From the human T2T-CHM13v2.0 reference genome, Homo sapiens, in assembly GCF_009914755.1 (NCBI RefSeq), contig NC_060925.1: DNA of 64,000 nucleotides. The stretch is one strand, 5' to 3'. Below, in pieces: positions 25,201 to 40,140 of this stretch. The notes under the pieces are model-generated. The model did not search any database. It had not been told where the DNA came from and worked only from the letters and a program-made list of their open reading frames with translations. Both the position numbers and the translations under genes were made by a program. How positions within the stretch are numbered: position 1 is the stretch's first letter; each line of letters begins with the position of its first letter.

Positions 25201-27325
25201 GAAATGAGATGAAATGTAATGAGATGAAATGAAATGACATAATGAAATGAAATAATGAAATGAGATGAAATAATGAAATGATGAAATAATGAAATGAAAA
25301 TGAAATGGAAATGATGAGATGAGATGAGATAAAATGAGATGAAATGATGAGATGAAATGAAATGATGAGATGAGATGAAATGAGATGAAATATGATGAGG
25401 TGAAATGACATAATGAAATGAAATGATGAAATGGAATAATGAAATGGAAATGAGATGAGATGCAATGAGTTGAAATGAGATGAAATGATGAAATGATGAG
25501 ATGAAATGATGAGATGAGATGTGATGAAATGATGACATGAAATGATGACATAAAATGAAATGTAATGATGAGATGAGATGAGATAAAATGATATGAAATG
25601 AGATGAATGATGAGATGAAATGATGAGATGAGATGAGATGATGAGATGAAATGATGAGATGAACTGATGAGATGAAATGAAATTGAAATAAATAAATAAA
25701 ATTGAAATGAGATGAGATGAAATGATGAGATGATGAAATAAAATGATAAAATGATGAGATGTGATGAGATGAAATGATGAGATGAGATGACATGAAATAA
25801 TGAAATGAAATAATGAAATGAAATTGAAATGAGATGAGAAGATACAAGATGAAATGAAGTGATGAAATGATGAAATGATAAGATGAAAAGAGTTGATGAG
25901 ATGATAAGATGAAATGATGAGATGAAAAGATGAGATGAAATGAAATGAGATGAAATGAGATGAAATGAAATGACATAATGAAATGAAAAAATGAAATAAT
26001 GAAATGAGGTGAAATTAAATGAGATGATGAAATTAAATGATGAAATGAAATAATGAAATGGAAATGATGAGATGAGATGAAATGACGAGATGAATGATGA
26101 GACGAAATGAGATGAAATGATGAGATGCAATGATGAGATGAAATGATGAAATGATGAGATGAGATGTAATGATGAGAGGAAATGATGAGATGTAATGAAA
26201 TGAGATGAATGAGATGAAATAATGAAAGGAAATTGAATTGATATATGAGATGAAATGAGATAAAATGAGATGAAATAAGAAATGATGAGGTGAAATGATG
26301 AAATGCTGAGGTGAGATGAGATGAAATGAGGAGATGAAACGATGAGATGAAATGAAAGGATGAGATGAAATGATGATATGAGGTGAGATGAGATGAAATG
26401 AGATGAAACGAGATGAAATGGTGAAATGATGAGATGAGACGAGAAGAAATGATGAGATGAAATGAGATGAGATAAAATGAGATGAAATGAAATGAAGTGA
26501 AATGAAATGAAATAATGAAATTGAAATGAGATGAGAAGAAATGAGATGAAATGATGAGATGAGATGATGAGATGAAAAATGATGAGATGAAAAATGATGA
26601 GATGAAAAATGATGAGATGAAATGATGAGATGAAATGAAATGAAATAATGAAATAATGAAATGAGATGAAATGAAATGATGAAATGATATTGAAATGAAA
26701 GTGAAAGATGAGATGAAATGATGCGATGAAATGATGAAATGTTGAAATGAAATGATGAAATGAATAGATGTGACTTGAAATGAGCTGAAATGATGAGATC
26801 AAATGAAATGAAATGAGATTAAATGATGAGATGAAAAATGATGAGATGAAAAATGATGAGATGAAATGCTGAGATGAAATGAGATCAGATGAACTGAGAT
26901 GAGATGAGATGAAATAATGAAATTAGGTGAAATAATGAAATGAGATGAAATAATGAAATTGAAATGAGATGAGAAGAAATGAGATGAAATGTTGTAATGA
27001 AAGGAGGAAATGATGAGATGAGGAGATGAAATGATGAGATGAATTGAGATGAAATGAGATGAAAAATGATATCAAAAATATGAGATGAAATGAAATGAGA
27101 TTATATGAAATGACATAATGAATTAAATGAAATTAGATGAAATGAAATGAAATAGTGAAATGAAATGATGAAATGAAATAATGAAAATGAAATGGAAATG
27201 AGATGAGATTTGATGAAATGATGAGATGATATGAAATGATGAGATGAGATGGGATGAGATGAAATGAGATAAAATGATGAGATGAAATGATGAAATGATG
27301 AGATGAAATGATGGGGTGAAGTGAT
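22207..27325. repeat. (GATGA/AATGA/ATG)n simple satellite, ~5.1 kb
   Basis: Continuous atgaaatgatgagatgag; almost no C on +. Confidence 0.95.
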
Positions 27326-28044
27326 GCACTGTCACGTGTGTGTCTATTCTTTTTCCCAAGCAACAAAAATTATAATTCATTAATTTTAATTTTATTATTT
27401 AAGAATATTCTTAAGAGTTGAAGGAAAAATAATATCTGTACATTATGGGTTACAATCTAAGTATAAATAATACATAAATATATTAAAACTTACAAAGAAT
27501 ATGTTTTGGAATCGAATATACCATGCTTCTGTGATGACAGTTATTTCATGCTGGTTGTCACAATTTTACATGAAAAACTAATGAAAAAATGTTTTTAACT
27601 GTTTCTAAAAATAACAGTTTCCAAAACAGTTTTACATTCGAAATATGAAAAAGATGTCTTTGTGTTCCTTAATCTGATGAGATTTTCACACTCTGCACAT
27701 GATAATTGTTAGATTTTTATTGTGTTGATAAATTGTATATCAAATAAAAAATGTTATTACCTCTTAAATTAGGATTTTTAGGTGATATAGGCAGAAAGGA
27801 CAGCAAGTTTTTATAACTTTGTCTAAATGAACTTTCTAAATGCCTGAGTATTAAAAGATAGCATGTCTATAAATCACAATGTATATATTACTGTATGACC
27901 TAGGACCAATCAAAACCGTTACCTCTGATAACATTATATTGTGCCCAGTATAAAATAGATATAATAATACCTCAAACTTAAATCCAGGCATTGTCATTGA
28001 ATATCTTAAGAATATGCAACAAAGGTGCTTTTAAAAATACAAGC

Positions 28045-29435
28045 TAGTGATTGTACCAAATTTGTAAATCACATAGGATAGTGGGTCATTTTAAGAATAT
28101 TAGTTATTTCAATCTATAAACGTGGATGTCTTTCCTTTTTTGTGTTTTCTTTAATTTCTTTCATTAATATTTGTCATTTTTGTTGTCGAAATCTTTTACT
28201 TCCTTGGTTAAATTTATTTCTAAGTACATTTTTGTAGCTATTGTAAAAGGAATTGCTTTCTTAATTTCTTGTTTCAGCTAGTTTACTATCAATATATAGA
28301 AATGCTACTGATTTTTGTATGTTGATTTATATCCTGCAACTTTATTAATTTCATGTATCACCCTAAGAAGCTTTTGGTAGAGTCTTATTTTTTTCCGTGT
28401 ATAAGATCACATTGTCTTTAAACAGGGACAATTTGACTGTCTCCTTTCCAATTCAGATGTCCTTTATTTCTTTTTCTCACCTAATTGTCCTGGCTAAGAC
28501 TTTCACTATGTGAAATATGATTGGTGAGAATAGGCATCCTTTTCTTGTTCCAGTAAAATCTTTTTCTTGTTCACAGTAAAATCTTTCACCTTTTCCACAC
28601 TCAGTATGATCTTAGTTGTAGGTTTGTCCTTTATGTCCTTCTGTTTTAAGGCATATATTTTCTATACTAAATTGTTGAGAGGTTTTTTGTCATGTAAGAA
28701 TATTTAATTTTGCCAAACGCTTTTATTGTGTTTATTAATTTAATCATATGGTTTTCAGTATATATCCAAAGGAAAGAAAATCAGTATATCAAAGACTTAC
28801 CTGCACCCCCATGTTTATTACAGCACTATTCACAATAGCCAAGATGTGGAATCAACAAAAGTGTCCATCAACAGATGAATGGATAAAGAAATGTGACATA
28901 CATATATAATGGAATACTATTTAGTCATAATAAAGAACAAAATCCTGTTATTTGTGGCAACAAGAATGCAAGTGGAGGGCATTATGTTAGGTGAAATAAG
29001 CCTGGCATAGAAACATAAACACCACATAACTACGTGTTCTCACTTATGTATGGAAGCTAAAATGTTTAATCTCGTAGAAGTAGATAGTAGAGTTTTGGTT
29101 ACCATATCCTGGAAAGAGTAGGAGAAAGAAGAGTATAAGAAAAATGTGGTTAATACATACAAAATTACAGCTGGAGAGAAGGAAGAAGTTCTAGTTCTCT
29201 ACAGCACTGTTGGGTGACTGTAGTTAACGGGAATTTATTGTGTGTTTTCAAATAACTAAAATAAAAGATTTTGAATATTCTCACTGCAAAGAAATAATAC
29301 ATGATTTAAGGTAATGGATATGATAATGACTCTGACTTGATCTTTACGCATTGCATAAATATATCAAAATATCACTCTGTACCCCATAACATGTACATTT
29401 ATTATATGTCAATTAAAGTAAATTTAAAAGAGAAA
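28045..29435. mobile_element. L1MA: antisense ORF2 piece (28045-28757) joined to a sense 3' end (28758-29435)
   Basis: gaaatgctactgatttttgtatgttga (antisense RT region), then catgtttattacagcactattcacaatagccaagat...tatatgtcaattaaag (sense 3' end). Confidence 0.85.
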
Positions 29436-29971
29436 AAATGAGACAAAGGTAAATATACATAATTTAATTACTTTTTCTTCTATAAAACCCGAGTCAGTAC
29501 CAAGAAGAGTCAATTTATTAGTTTTCTAAAATAAAAAAAATCAAAATCACCAAAAAAGAGCAATATCCAAGAAAACATTGAAAATGAAACACAACATTTA
29601 GTAAGAATAGAAAACTTGGGCACCGTATCACCCTGTTCCTAGATACCGATTTACTGATGGCCATTTAAATAGAATTTTATTCTATCTAATTCATTTATAC
29701 TCCCAGAGTTCAAAATTACATTTTACCTACAATAAATGAGATAACACTTGTAAATTATATGGTACTCTGCCTAACACACGTTAATAACTCAATACATGTT
29801 AGCAATAAACTTTTAGTATAGTAGTCAAAGTATTAATTTCTCACATTGCAATTTCCTTCAAAGACATGAATACAACCTTTCTAATGACTCCTTGTTCATC
29901 AAGATACCTCTTCAAATTATTCTATTTGTTTCATTCAGTATATTATCTGTGTATACCGATATTAGACTCTT

Positions 29972-30292
<321 letters not shown>

Positions 30293-30636
30293 TGAATATC
30301 TTTTTGAAAGATTACACCTCTTTACTTCTTTGTGCTTCAGAAATTATTTTCCTTCAGGTGTTCTAAGAGTCTAATGAAGAATGAAGTCATGTTTTATCAC
30401 TTTTGTCCTTAAAGATTTCAGACATGCTGAAACTGATTGAAGTATCATTTGCTACTAGATAGATTAATTATCTCTAGTTGTAGGAGTGGATACATCTTTA
30501 ATGGTATATTTTGGGTTATTATCTTATTTTTGATGCAGTATTCTATAAATAATTTATTAAACCTGGCATCCTTGGGTGAGCATAGATTTTTCAACTTTAG
30601 TGTTATACTGTGTTTGCTTTTAAAAACTGCTTCTGA

Positions 30637-30942
30637 GGCCAGGTATGGTGGCTCTTGCCCATACCCAGCACTTTGGGAGGCCAAGATGGGTGGATTACCT
30701 CAGGTCAGGAGTTCAAGACCAGCCTGGTCAACATGGCAAAACCATGTCTCTACTAAAAACACAAAATTAGCCAGGCATGGTGGTGCATGCTTGTAGTCCT
30801 AACCACTCGAGAGGCTGAGGCAAGAGAATCACCTGAACCTGGGAGGCAAAAGTTGCTAGGTTGCTGTGAGCCAAATTCGCAGCATTGCCCTCCAGCCTGG
30901 GTGAAAAGAGCAAAACTCTGTCTCAAAAAAAAAAAACCCACC
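30637..30942 (+). mobile_element. AluS
   Basis: TSD aaaaactgctt(c/t)tga. Confidence 0.95.
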
Positions 30943-33806
30943 AAAAACTGCTTTTGAATGGAGTTGTACATATAATTTTTATGAAAAAAATTAACAAGTG
31001 CATAAGTTCATAATAGAAAAACCAATAATACTCCAGGCACAAGTTAGTACTAAAAAAATTATGTTGAATATTCTCTAATACAACATGCTTTTTCCCTTCA
31101 TGAACAATTTGTGTTTTACTGAGAAGAGTCATTGTTTATGGTAGACATTAGACTACAGATGAATATGTACTTTAAACACTCTTAGTTGCTTTCTTAATTT
31201 TATATCTGCTGCTTTATGCTTCTGTTTATTTTCATTCTTTCCAATGTCCACATTCTAGTAAATTTGAATATTTTAATCCAAGTTTATATACTATTTAATA
31301 TTGCTTGTATAGTTTAGTATTTTTAAGACTCAAAAAGGTTTACAGAAAGAAGAAAAAGATCAACATGTTATTAATCATTTAAAGATCATTTTGAAATCTT
31401 TGACCTTTATATTTTAATGAATAAAATATTAGTAGTTATTAGTATAAAATAATTTATGTCTTTTGGACTTAGCATCCAGTATTTCTTTTTTAATAAAGAA
31501 AATAATTATTCTCTTGCAATGTACTATGTTTATCTGAGTTTTGAAAAGTGATGTTTCCTAATATGAGAAAGCCATTTACATTTTTAAATCTACAAGGGCA
31601 AATGGAATGGTACTAAATTATTTACATAATAATGTTTAGATGGTGGCCCTTATAACATTCTTTCTATACTTCCTACAGAGTTGGGGATATGCAATCCTAG
31701 AATATTTCTGGGAGCTAATCCTTTAGCTTGATGAATGAAACAAGACTTTTAAATAAAATTAAACTTTCAAATTATCCAGGTAATGGGCCTGTCTTTTAAT
31801 TCAATGGATATGGAGCATAATGAATTAACCCCTGTTCATTGGGTAATAAGTTCTCATTCTTATAATACTCAGAATGTCCTTTAATTTTTAATTTTTGATA
31901 GTCATATCATTATCCCTAGGTATTTTAGCTTCTATCTTAAATTCTAAAATAATTTTGAAATAGGAGAAAGTATTCTTTATTACTATATGTATTAAACATC
32001 ATGGTTTTCAAATTGAACTGCAAATGTATCTTTTCATTGCTTCTTGATGACACCCTTCACCCTATCCATATTGTCACTACCAAGTGGTGATTACTTCTCA
32101 GGTTCACATACTTATTCTTCAGAAAAATCTTCTCTGTGCCTTGTAAAGAATATGATTGTTGGCATTCAAAAGCCAGCTAAGTATACATTATTAGCCTGTT
32201 GCCTAACTCATTTCTTTAAGAAACTACACTAATTACCCACATACTTATGTTTTTATTTCCTCATTATTTCTGGAGAAAACAAGTACTGCTAACATGATAT
32301 TTGTAAGAGAGAAAAAAGTCTTTTCTTGAAAAGTGCTGTCATTGTAGTACTAACTTATAGTATCAACTTCCTTATAAACTCCTTTTACACTTTTTATTCT
32401 GAGAGAAATAAAAAAGCTAAAAGTCAAATGACTTTTTTTACTCTCCTTATTATAAGCACCCATCTTGGTAATTTAGGGTCTTTATAGTTAGGGTAAGTTG
32501 TGTCATACCGAGGTTACAAAATAAAAATTATTTTGTCTCTTTGGGCCTTTCCTTATTCAGTAATACTGTCAGTTTGGCTTTTTTTGTAGGTCAACTTATT
32601 GAACTCAGTATTCTGAAGTAATATGTTTACTATCTTTTGAGAAGCACTTAAAATATTAGATTTATTGTTACTCTTCTGCCTTTATTGGGCTGGAAGAATA
32701 ATTGTTTCACTCCACAAAAGGCAAGTTGCGGAGAAAACCACATAGACATTCAACTGCAAAGCAGAGAAACTTGACTATTTTCTGCAATTTTAAAGTGTAT
32801 ATTGAATAAAACCATCTTTTTATTTTCTTTTTTGCTCACTGGCAAATATTAACAACATCAAGTGTATTATTATAATGTTATCTAGTTAAAAATCTCAAAA
32901 AGTTTTCATAATTACCATTTTAAAATATATAAATAGGTGACCTAATGTTAATTTTTATTGTCTGAGACCATGTCTGTTATTTCACTCTTTAAATTCAGTT
33001 AGTAATGCAGAACCTAGCACTTAGTAGATACTCAAAAATTATTTGCTGAATAAAAAAGGTTAAACATGTAATATATACAAAATGTACTGGAAAAAAATGC
33101 ACCAAACAATTTTGTTATACCAGTTTAATGTAAATATTGCCTTTAAAAGATAATATAGTTTTCAGGTGTCTACAGTGATTTTGTAATATTTGTGCACATA
33201 TAAAATAATATTTCCAAAAATGTAATCCAGTGGGGAAATATACTTTCTAAATTCTAGATTTATAATTTAGGGTTTAAATTATAAAATCATTAAATAAGAC
33301 ACAAGTGAAATGTAGTCAAATATCCCCTTGGAAAAAAATTAAGTGGCCTCTAAAGTGAGGTATTCATATATGTAATTTTACAATCCTCTAGTGATAGAAT
33401 TAATTAAATACACCACAAAATTGATTAATTCCTACTGTGTTAAAAGAGAAGCACTAACAATGCCAGTTACCATGTAACATGGATTTAAGCTACAAGTCAT
33501 AGAAATGTGATGAGAAGCCTCAGCGCTGTAAAACAGAGGGTGGAGGAAAGCTCTTCCTCTCTCAAATGAGCTTTGCGAGGTATACTTCTTGAAGGATAGG
33601 AAGTTGAAGTGTTGAGGACTTTTTATGTCTATTCTACTTTGGCTTAGTTTACATGATTCGTAGTTTATTAGCCTAGAAATGGCCAAGAAAACTTAAGGTT
33701 CAATAATTAGTTATAAATATGAAATATCCCCAATTTTTAAGATAAAAACAACTTATAAATGTATTTGTAAAAATTGTGTATATTTTTACAGAACATCTAT
33801 TTCTTT

Positions 33807-34563
33807 TTTTATTTTTTTATATTTATTTATTATACTTTAAATTCTAGGGTACACATGCACAGTGTGCAGGTTTGTTGCATATGTATACATGTGCCATGTT
33901 GGTGTGCTGCACCCATTAACTCATCATTTATATTAGGCATATCTCCTAATGCTATCCCTCCCCCCTCCCCCCACCCCACAACAGGCCCTGGTGTGTGATG
34001 TTCCCCTTCCTGTGTCCAAGTGTTCTCATTGTTCAATTCCCACCTATGAGTGAGAACATGTGGTGTTTGGCTTTTTGTCCTTGCGATAGTTTGCTGAGAA
34101 TGATGGTTTCCAGCTTCATCCGTGTCCCTACAAAGGACATGAACTCATCATTTTTTATGGATGCCTAGTATTCCATGGTGTATATGTGCCACATGTTCTT
34201 CATCCAGTCTATCATTGTTGGACATTTGGGTTGGTTCCAAGTCTTTGCTATTGTGAATAGTGCTGCAATAAACATACGTGTGCATGTGTCTTTATAGCAG
34301 CACGATTTATAATCCTTTGGGTATATACTCAGTAGTGGGATGGCTGGGTCAAATGGTATCTCTAGTTCTAGATCCCTGAGGAATGGCCACACTGTCTTCC
34401 ACAATGGTTGAACTAGTTTACAGTCCCACCAACAGTGCGAAAGTGTTCCTATTTCTCCACATCCTCTCCAGCACCTGTTGTTTCCTGACTTTTTAATGAT
34501 CGCCATTCTAACTGGTGTGAGATGGTATCTCATTGTGGTTTTGATTTGCATTTCTCTGATGGG
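33807..34563 (-). mobile_element. L1PA3-5-like 5'-truncated LINE-1
   Basis: ORF 34165..34551 is the ORF2 C-terminus ([36 protein letters not shown]...) with a premature stop; TSD tctatttcttt at 33796-33806 and 34564-34574. Confidence 0.95.
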
Positions 34564-36548
34564 TCTATTTCTTTAAAACAAAGGGAGGGGAGTCTCTCAT
34601 TTGCATTAGTTTTTTTCATAGCCTTTTGAACTTCGCAATTTCTATGTTTCAGAACCTATTTCTTACAGTTTTTCTATGCTAAACTCTGTCCTAGTCAGTT
34701 CTAGAGTGTATGAAGAACCAAATGATGTAATTGTATGCCACCTGGCTGTAGTGGAACAAATTTGACTCTTAAGTATGCAGGCTCTAATTCTCCTGTCTGG
34801 TTTTGGCAAGTATTCCTTACATAGGTCTTTTCTTTGAAAATCTGGGATTGAGAGGTTGATGAATGAAAATTAATCCTTTCACTTTGTTGTATATAGGTTT
34901 GCAATAATTAGGTCAGAGTGGAGTTTTAAGGTCACGGAGGGGTCTGATGACTTACAAATAGTGGGCTCTGATTGGGCAACTACTCATCTGAGTTCCTTCC
35001 ATTTGACCTAATTAAGCTTGTGAAATTTACACTAAGCCATGAGCTCATCTTTAAAAAGTTTTATTAAAAGATTTTCAGCTGTTCCAAATGGGACTTATTA
35101 GTGGAATGTGTTTTAAAGGATCATATCAGATGAATGAAAGGTATTTGATCCTTCGTTTCCTTAATAATAAAATGATGGTTTGGAAAAATAGGCTGCAGTC
35201 TAACCACAGTGCTATTATTAGGCTTTCTTGTTAAACATAGTTCTAAGCCTAAGTATGTCAATACAACAAATACTTACTGTTTCATTTCTAGTAATGAAAA
35301 AAAAAAAAACCAAGTCTTTCTGGCATAAGGATGATTTTCATCTGGTTATTTTGAAACATTTTTGTAAAATAAATTTCCATCTATAAAGAACATTTTTATT
35401 TGTAAGGAGGGGTATGTCTCTGTGCACTGGAAGAGAGGGAGGACTAAATCACTGGGAAGTCTTATGATAAAGAAGCCATTGGCTTAAATCAGCAAAGCAA
35501 GCCGTCCCTTGGTTTAAGGTGTTTTTCCTGGCCATCCTGTCTTGACTAGAACTTTACCTACACCTTCCTTTTTGGTTTAGGCAAATTATAGTATCTAAAA
35601 CTAAAGTCTCAGCTCTGTGTCTTTGACATATAAATGTTCTACCATGTCTTCTCTGGAATCTGATAACTATCTATCTCTTTAAAATGCAAGTCTAGGGAGA
35701 TGACTCATCAGAAAAAGAAGAAAAAAGAGGTATTTGGAAATTGTGCAAATTAAAGCAGCCCCTGATGTCAAAGTCTACACATTCCTGAGTGAGTCAGTTC
35801 TGGCCAGTTCTAGCTGGATCAAGAGAGCTCTTCTGGGCAGGCCTGAAGAGCACCTGGATGGCAGACACCTGAGGAGCCAGGTGCCTGAAACTTCCTCCAC
35901 CTTCTTGAGGAGGGCCAAAGCCCAGGTGCTGGCTGGACAACCCCTTCTGGCTGCCTAAGCAGATGGCAGAAGAAGGAAACAAGGTCAGAGGCAGAGTATT
36001 GAACCCTGCCTCCCAGGTGGGTGGAAGATGCCTGTCACCAAACTAGGGCCCAGCTTGCCGGGTGAGATGGGTGAACTGGTGATCCCCCGAGAGAGTGGAC
36101 ATCAGAACTACATGTTCCTGGACTTCACCTCGGCCAGCAAAGGAGAGAGAGGGTTAATGTTAACTGCACGAGGCCCACTCTAGCCTTAAATTCTGTAATT
36201 CAAACCCTTCCCTTGGAGACAAAACATGACAAGGAATTCTGAGGTCAGGGGACAAGAATCACAAAGTGGGAGACTGAGGAGGCAGTGTCCTTCCTGCCCT
36301 TGGTCTACTGGCTAAGAACCTTCCTCAGCCTGACCTTTGCACATTGCACTTTCAGCTCTGTTTGCAATTTTCCTCCTTTAGTGCTGAGGGAATCCCAGTG
36401 TTCGATCCTGAAATCTGTACGTTCCTAATGGGTGGTTAAAAAAAACCTCAGCGAGAGAAGCAGAAAATGTTTCCTCTTCCTGAAAAACTGTAGAAAGGCA
36501 GGCACCATTCTGGGTGAGGACATGGTCCTTGCAAATGTCTTTGTGTTC

Positions 36549-36850
<302 letters not shown>

Positions 36851-39228
36851 TGCAAACGTCTTTAAAGACAGCGTGTTTCAGAGGCTGTGACAGTGCCCTG
36901 TGAACATGCCAATTCTCACAGTCCCGGGAGCTCTGAGGAGCAGGCCCGGCTCCTTGCCAGGCTGATGGTACTGAAACTCTGCTCTCCAAGACATAACCTG
37001 ATGGCCGTGCAAGATTTCTTAATCGACTGTGGACCGTGAGAGTCTGCATCTCATTTTAATTAAGATGGGAAAAGAAAGAACAAAAGAGCAACTCCCAGGT
37101 TATAGAGAAAGTGGATTTTAGTATAATATTCAAGTGTAGCATTGCTAATAATAACAAACCTTTCCCCTCCCAAACGGTAAACACTTGCACTGCCTATTAT
37201 ACAAAAATTCAACCACCCTCTCTGTTACCCCGATATCTCCTCCCCAGTGACCCCCCCTCTCATGCGGCCTCATGAGCCTGACCAGTGGTGAATGGCACTT
37301 TCATGGGCATGAGACTCCACGTGAGTGGGACTCAGCTGGGACCCCTCTCCACGTGGGAGCTGGGGAAGCCACCCTAGTAGCAGCTCAAAGTGTCCGTGAT
37401 GTCCCTGCTGCTGAGGTAGGGGCTGCCTCTGAGCTGGTGTCGGGGTGTGAGCTGCTGCTGGTAGTAGGCTCTGCCCTGAGGGCCTGGTGGCTGGTCAGAA
37501 GGGCAGGCACACATGGGTGACTCCCCAGGAACTCAGGCCACCTCCCCACCACAGCCCTGCACTGTGTGCTCCAGGCATGTGCTGAGTGCCTGGTCAATCA
37601 CCAGTGCCCTATTGATCCCAGTCTCCAGAGAGAGCATTTAGTGTCACTCCACAGAGGGGGAAACTCGGCCCAGAGAAGTAAGGTGACTCTCCCCAGTCAC
37701 AGAGCTGGTCAGCAGTAGGATGGGAAGCTAGTCCCTTGCTGTCTGACTCCCTGAGCCCACCCATATCCCAAGGCAGCCAACCTCTGCCCGCCCTGGTTCA
37801 GGCCCCGACTGGCCCCAGTGGTGGGTGATGTCTATCTTCCTGGCCTTTGTGCTCCCAGCCAACTGGGATGGAGCCTCCAGCTGGCATGACATGTTGTAGC
37901 TATGGACAGAAGAGTGGCTGTGAGGCTGCCAGGAATCTCACCAGGGCCCCCTCCCAGGGCCTGTCCAGAGTGAGGTCTGGGTACCCCAGGCATTGCCAGA
38001 CCACAGGATCTGATGTTGGCCAAGAGGCCATGGCCACAGGCTTTCTGAGGCTGGCCCCCAGGGAGAGTTCAATCCTACTATCCCAATTCCTGTCCTGGCC
38101 TTACCTCTCAGTCTCACCGAGCCGCTTCATGGTCCCAAACCAGGACCCAAAGTGCTGCTTGGGCTCAAGGTTGTAATTATTTGCAGTCAACTGGAGCAGT
38201 GGACCTCCTTGCTTACTTTGAATTCCTGGGTCCAGAGGGAAAAACTGGGTGGTGACAGGGACTGGACAGGGATGCCACAGGGGCCCTGTGGGGGTGTTAG
38301 ATGGGGTGGTGGCCAGTCTTTGCTCATAGGGGACCCCCTCCTCCTCTCCAGTCCTGTCCCCACCTGTTCTCAGAGCTGGCTCAAACAGCAGCTCCTCCAG
38401 GAATGTGTCCTTGGTTTCAACCTGGTACTCCCACCTGCAGGTCTTCCTGGAGTGTCTCCTCTTTCTCTCTGTCTCCCCATAAATCTAAGACGAGGGGGAT
38501 GGATCTGCCCACTGCTACTCACCGTATGACTCTTGTGAGGTTGATCAGTCTCCCCTGGAAGGCCAACAGCTGAAGTCCATCAGAAAGGGTCCTCTGGCCC
38601 AGAGCCAGCCCCTGCCCACCCCTGTCTTGCTGCACCCAGGGTGCAAGACCCAGATCAGGTCTGGGTGACAGGAGGGGTATAGAGGGGCTGAGGCTCAGGG
38701 GCCTTCCAGCCTAACTTGTCTGGAGACAGTTGGGGAAACTGAGACCCCAAGCAGGGAGGTATGGCTCCGAGAGATTATTCTCATTAACCTGGAAAATTTT
38801 TGCAAGCTGTTAGGTATAGGAAGTCTGTCACAGGTAAGAGAAATGCTTTTTAAGAGCATGAGAGACAGCAGGATTGTGACAATATTGAAACACCACCGTG
38901 CAGATTCACCAATTGCCACCACCGGGAGCCCCCTGAGAGTCATTGCAGATGCACAGCCCTCCCCTGCAACCCCTGGACCTCCCCGTGGTCTGGCACCTAA
39001 AGGGTTATGCCTCATGGCGGGAATCAGGGCCCTCAGGGTGCCCTGCCCACTCCAAGGTCTGCCTCTGCTCTGATTGGTCACTGACATTCAGATTGTCACC
39101 CAAATATAAGGACGTTAGCAGAAAGACTCATTCAATACAAGTGGACTCAGACATAGATAGGAATTGGGTTGCAAAAAGCCCCTTTTGTTTATTTTATTTT
39201 GGAAAAAACTTTTATTGTGAAAATTCAC

Positions 39229-39262
<34 letters not shown>

Positions 39263-39344
39263 GTATATATAGAAAAAAACTCAATCAATGCAAAAGGATA
39301 GACAATGAACAAATGAATTCCCCTTCCACTCCAGATCCCCAACT

Positions 39345-39464
39345 CAGATCCAGACCTCCTGAGCCCACTTCCCCCATCTCATCACAGATCCAGACCTCCT
39401 GAGCCCACTTTCCCCATCTCATCACAGATCCAGACCTCCTGAGCCCACTTCCCCATCTCATCAC
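39345..39464. repeat. 40-bp tandem repeat, 3 copies
   Basis: cagatccagacctcctgagcccacttcccccatctcatca at 39345, 39385, 39425. Confidence 0.95.
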
Positions 39465-39481
39465 CAGTGATTTCTTGGGCT

Positions 39482-39765
39482 CTGCATTAGTTTTCTATTG
39501 CTGCTGCAACAAACAGCTACAGACTCAGTGGCTTCCATTTCTGTCTTATAGTTCTGGTTGCCAAAAGTCCTAAGAGGATCTCACTGGGCTAAAGTCAAGG
39601 TGCTGGCGGGGCTATGTCCCTTCTGGAGGCTCAAGGGATGAATCGGGTCCCTGCCTTTTCTAGCTTCTAGGGGCTCCAGCTTCTAGGTTTGTGGCCTCCT
39701 TCCTCCATCCTCAAAGCCAGCAACAGCAGGTGAAGTCCTCGCCCATCATGCATCACTCTCCCTTC
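39482..39765 (-). mobile_element. MLT1 (MaLR) LTR fragment
   Basis: attagttttctattgctgctgcaacaaac...tgggctaaagtcaaggtgctggc...ccttctggaggctc. Confidence 0.85.
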
Positions 39766-40014
39766 TTCCTCCTTCAACTTTTTTTTTTATATTTAGGGGG
39801 AACGAGTACCGGATTCTTACATAGTCAAAAAGCTCCTTATAGAGAAGCTCGGAACTTTCAATACAACTTTGCCTTTTCTGCCATTTTAATTTTCCATTTA
39901 ATTTAAATGTATTCTCTCATTTGACCTTCATACTCTGTGGAGAAATATTCCTATTTCGGCTTGTATTGACAAGCTGTTTTCACAGAGCCCCCACATCACC
40001 CAACCAACCAGCAA

Positions 40015-40140
40015 GAAACAGATAAAGAAACTGAGGCCCAGGGAGGCTAAGAGTCCTGCCAGGATCATTCACCTTTCAAGGTAAGGAGCCAGTTCCAGAC
40101 CTGGGTTTGTGCAGCTCCAAGCTCCCCCGTCTTTCTACAA
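40015..40140 (-). mobile_element. MIR fragment
   Basis: acagataaagaaactgaggcccagggaggctaag. Confidence 0.65.

Noticed and set aside
22202-26802. 542-637-aa His/Phe/Ile/Ser ORFs on the minus strand
   Set aside because: Translation of the (TCATT/TCATC)n satellite strand.
22207-27325. Calling the satellite HSat2 or HSat3
   Set aside because: The dominant GGAAT/CATTC pentamer is rare, so it was left as a GATGA/AATGA simple satellite.
34165-34551. 128-aa ORF with real protein similarity
   Set aside because: C-terminal L1 ORF2 relic in a 5'-truncated element with a premature stop.
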